A stretch of 64,000 nucleotides of DNA from Microcoleus sp. (GTDB taxonomy: Bacteria; Cyanobacteriota; Cyanobacteriia; Cyanobacteriales; Microcoleaceae). A program made the position numbers and the translations under genes. Positions 61,422-64,000 of the stretch are shown one piece after another. Positions within the stretch are counted from its first letter, which is position 1. Each line of letters begins with the position of its first letter. The notes under the pieces are model-generated. The model was not told the origin of the DNA. It saw only the letters and a list, made by a program, of their open reading frames with translations, and ran no database searches. The stretch is from NCBI GenBank assembly GCA_052279835.1, contig CP181291.1:5408001-5472000 (forward strand), written 5' to 3'.

Positions 61422-63452
61422 ATGGTTTCCAACAGTATCAGCTTCTCGGACATTCAAAATCATTGGGCGAGACAATTCATTGAAGGCTTAATGGAACGAG
61501 CAATTGTCAGCGGTTTGCCCGATCGCACTTTCAGTCCTAACACTAACTTAACCCGCGCCCAATTTGCCACCATAGTCAGCAAAGCATTTCCCACACCAGA
61601 CAAACAAATATACCTGCCCTTTGCCGACGTTCCCACTACCTACTGGGCAGCACCAGCCATTCAAACAGCATTTAAAAGAGGCTTTATATCTGGCTATCCC
61701 AACAATTTATTTAAACCAGAAAATAAAATTACCAGAGTCGAGGGATTCTTGGCTTTAGTCAGCGGTATTTTCGATGCAAATGCTGTACTACCGACTAATA
61801 TTTTCCTATCCAACATCTATCAAGATAGCACAGAAATTCCCAACTACGCCAAAAGAGCGATCGCCATCGCAACTCAATCAGAAATAGTCGTCAATTATCC
61901 CAACTTAAAATTATTAAATCCCGCTGGCTACGCCACACGAGCCGATGTTTGCGCCTGGGTTTATCAAGCATTAGTTTATTTAAAAAAAGCGCCCAAAATT
62001 ACCTCACAATACATCGTAACTATCGGCAAAACTCCCCCACCACCACTACCAACAGTTCAAGTCAGTCATCAGCGAGAATTTCGCGCAGCCTGGGTAACAA
62101 CTGTCTGGAATATTGACTGGCCATCCAGCGCCAAACTCTCAACGGAACAGCAAAAAAACGAACTGCTGAAAATACTTGATAGATTAGCAGACATGAATTT
62201 TAATGCTGTCATCCTTCAAATCCGACCAGCGGGAGATGCCCTTTACGCATCAGAATTAGAACCTTGGAGTGCTTGGCTGACAGGAACCCAAGGAAAGCCC
62301 CCCCAACCCTATTATGACCCTTTAGAATTTGCCATTACTGAAAGCCACAAACGCAACATAGAAGTTCATGCTTGGTTAAATCCCTACCGCGCCAAAGTTT
62401 CTAGCAAAACCCCCGCCACCGTCAGCCCTCACATCTCGGTAACTAATCCCGAATGCGTGTATGCTTGGGGCGATCAAATGTGGATGGACCCCGGAATTGC
62501 GACAGTTCAAGACCGGACTTACAAGGTAATTATAGACATAGTTAAACGCTATGATATAGATGGTATTCACTTCGACGATTACTTCTATCCTTATCCGATT
62601 GCGGGCAAAGATTTTCCTGACAGCAAAACTTATAATAATTATCGATCGCAAGGAGGGAAACTGAGTCTGGGAGACTGGCGTAGGGAAAATGTCAATAGCT
62701 TAATTAAAAGAGTAGCAGAAGGCATTAAATCCACCAAATCTCATGTTAAATTTGGCATCAGTCCCTTCGGCATTTATCGCCCTGGACAACCACCGGGAAG
62801 TCGCGGTTTAGATACTTACGAAGAACTTTATGCTGACTCGAAAAAATGGTTAGAATTAGGCTGGGTAGATTACCTAACTCCGCAACTTTACTGGCGCATA
62901 GACGAAACTGCTCAAAGTTATCCAATGCTGTTAAATTGGTGGGTAGCAAACAACCCTAAACAAAAACATATTTACGCTGGAAACAACTTAGGCTTACTTG
63001 ACGGTAATAAGTGGACGGTTGCCGAAATCAACAAACAAATTCAGATCACGCGCAACCTAGATGAAAAGTTAGCGTTGGGCAATATATTTTTCAGCATGAA
63101 ATCATTTACTGACAATCGCCAGCAAATTTATGATAATTTAAAAGCGACTACCTATGCCAATTTGGCACTGGTTCCGACGATGGCTTGGCTAAAGGGAACT
63201 CCGCCACCTAATCCGACTGGAATTGAAGTCAAAAAAGTGGCAAATAGCTCTGTTTTGAGTTGGAACAATTCAGCCGGAAATAATATCTGCTATTGGACAA
63301 TTTATCAGAAAAATGGTAATAGTTGGAAATTGATGAGAATTCTGAATGCAGAGACAGCAGAAATAGCAATCCAACCGGGAACCTATGCTTTGTGCGCCGT
63401 CAGTAGAATGGCGGTGGAAAGTGCAGGAGTTGTGGTAGTTATTAGTCAATAG
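61422..63452 (+). CDS. SLH-domain glycoside hydrolase-like family 10 protein (YddW/DigH-like)
   Basis: Three SLH repeats (FSDI..HWA, TRA); EFRAAWV...NIDWPS, HAW.NPYR and DGIHFDDYFYP. Confidence 0.9.
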   Translation: MVSNSISFSDIQNHWARQFIEGLMERAIVSGLPDRTFSPNTNLTRAQFATIVSKAFPTPDKQIYLPFADVPTTYWAAPAIQTAFKRGFISGYPNNLFKPENKITRVEGFLALVSGIFDANAVLPTNIFLSNIYQDSTEIPNYAKRAIAIATQSEIVVNYPNLKLLNPAGYATRADVCAWVYQALVYLKKAPKITSQYIVTIGKTPPPPLPTVQVSHQREFRAAWVTTVWNIDWPSSAKLSTEQQKNELLKILDRLADMNFNAVILQIRPAGDALYASELEPWSAWLTGTQGKPPQPYYDPLEFAITESHKRNIEVHAWLNPYRAKVSSKTPATVSPHISVTNPECVYAWGDQMWMDPGIATVQDRTYKVIIDIVKRYDIDGIHFDDYFYPYPIAGKDFPDSKTYNNYRSQGGKLSLGDWRRENVNSLIKRVAEGIKSTKSHVKFGISPFGIYRPGQPPGSRGLDTYEELYADSKKWLELGWVDYLTPQLYWRIDETAQSYPMLLNWWVANNPKQKHIYAGNNLGLLDGNKWTVAEINKQIQITRNLDEKLALGNIFFSMKSFTDNRQQIYDNLKATTYANLALVPTMAWLKGTPPPNPTGIEVKKVANSSVLSWNNSAGNNICYWTIYQKNGNSWKLMRILNAETAEIAIQPGTYALCAVSRMAVESAGVVVVISQ

Positions 63453-63610
63453 TAATTGGTAATTGGTAATTGGTAATTGGTAACAACAGACGACAGACAA
63501 CAGTCAACCCTGAACCCTGAACCCTCAGCAATTATCTTCCTCTAGACAGGAGACATCTTGAAAATAGATGTGCTATCGTAGGTTGAATATTTTAATGACA
63601 AAAAAATCCT

Positions 63611-64000
63611 ATGGTTCCTTTGCGCGATGAAAACCCCACACGCATCACTCCCTATGTCACCTATGGACTGATTGCTGCCAATGTGTTAGTATTTTTGTAC
63701 GAATTAACTTTGGGCGATCGCCAATTAACCCAATTTTTCTACTCCTGGGCCGTAGTACCTTGTCAGCTAACTAATATCTGTCGAGTTTCTCTACCCGCTT
63801 CGCCCTTTCCCGAATGGACAACGCTAATTTCTTCCCAATTCCTACACGCAGGCTTTCTCCACGTCGCCGGAAATATGTTATTTCTCTGGATTTTTGGCAA
63901 CAATGTAGAAGACCGTTTAGGACACATAAAGTTTATAATATTTTATCTTACTTGCGGTGTTTTAGCATCCCTAACTCAGTGGTTTTTTGCCTCAGCATCG
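63611..64000 (+). CDS. Rhomboid intramembrane protease (partial; runs off the right edge)
   Basis: Manual translation MVPLRDENPTRITPYVTYGLI...SQFLHAGFLHVAGNMLFLWIFGNNVEDRLG. Confidence 0.9.
   Translation, partial: MVPLRDENPTRITPYVTYGLIAANVLVFLYELTLGDRQLTQFFYSWAVVPCQLTNICRVSLPASPFPEWTTLISSQFLHAGFLHVAGNMLFLWIFGNNVEDRLGHIKFIIFYLTCGVLASLTQWFFASAS

Noticed and set aside
1904..63500. Numerous short antisense or overlapping ORFs in the track
   Set aside because: They overlap well-supported genes or repeats and show no motifs.

Overview
A 64 kb window from a filamentous cyanobacterial chromosome (Oscillatoriales-like: abundant HIP1 GCGATCGC, STRR heptamers, phycocyanin genes). Most of it is core genes: queD, sigG/anti-sigma, moaE, pyrB, recJ, psb27, recF, a P-type ATPase, cpcBACDE-F, fbaB, pepN, psbQ, petCA, tatC and a tftA-like gene. 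The accessory elements are: (i) the 5' half of a group IIB intron inserted 15 nt after a near-consensus sigma70 -10 box, at the edge of a palindromic putative operator, with matching EBS/IBS; (ii) a TnpB-only IS200/IS605 element whose target motif is the start codon of the neighbouring gene; (iii) a repeat-TPR gene placed between cpcE and cpcF; (iv) an approximately 9-10 kb AT-rich, HIP1-poor island (IS1 relic, methyltransferase, 5'-nucleotidase, MBOAT plus partner, Stf3-like sulfotransferase, MATE) with an (AT)10 tract between its divergent genes, followed by a mosaic of gene fragments; (v) many REP-like palindromes, several carried inside TIR-bounded MITEs of different classes, one amplified as a 3x133-bp array and one translated in frame inside an enzyme. 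Four genes carry +1 frameshifts, three of them at AGAAACTC, most likely a sequencing artefact. No CRISPR array, rRNA or tRNA was recognised. All family assignments come from motif recognition; no searches were run.
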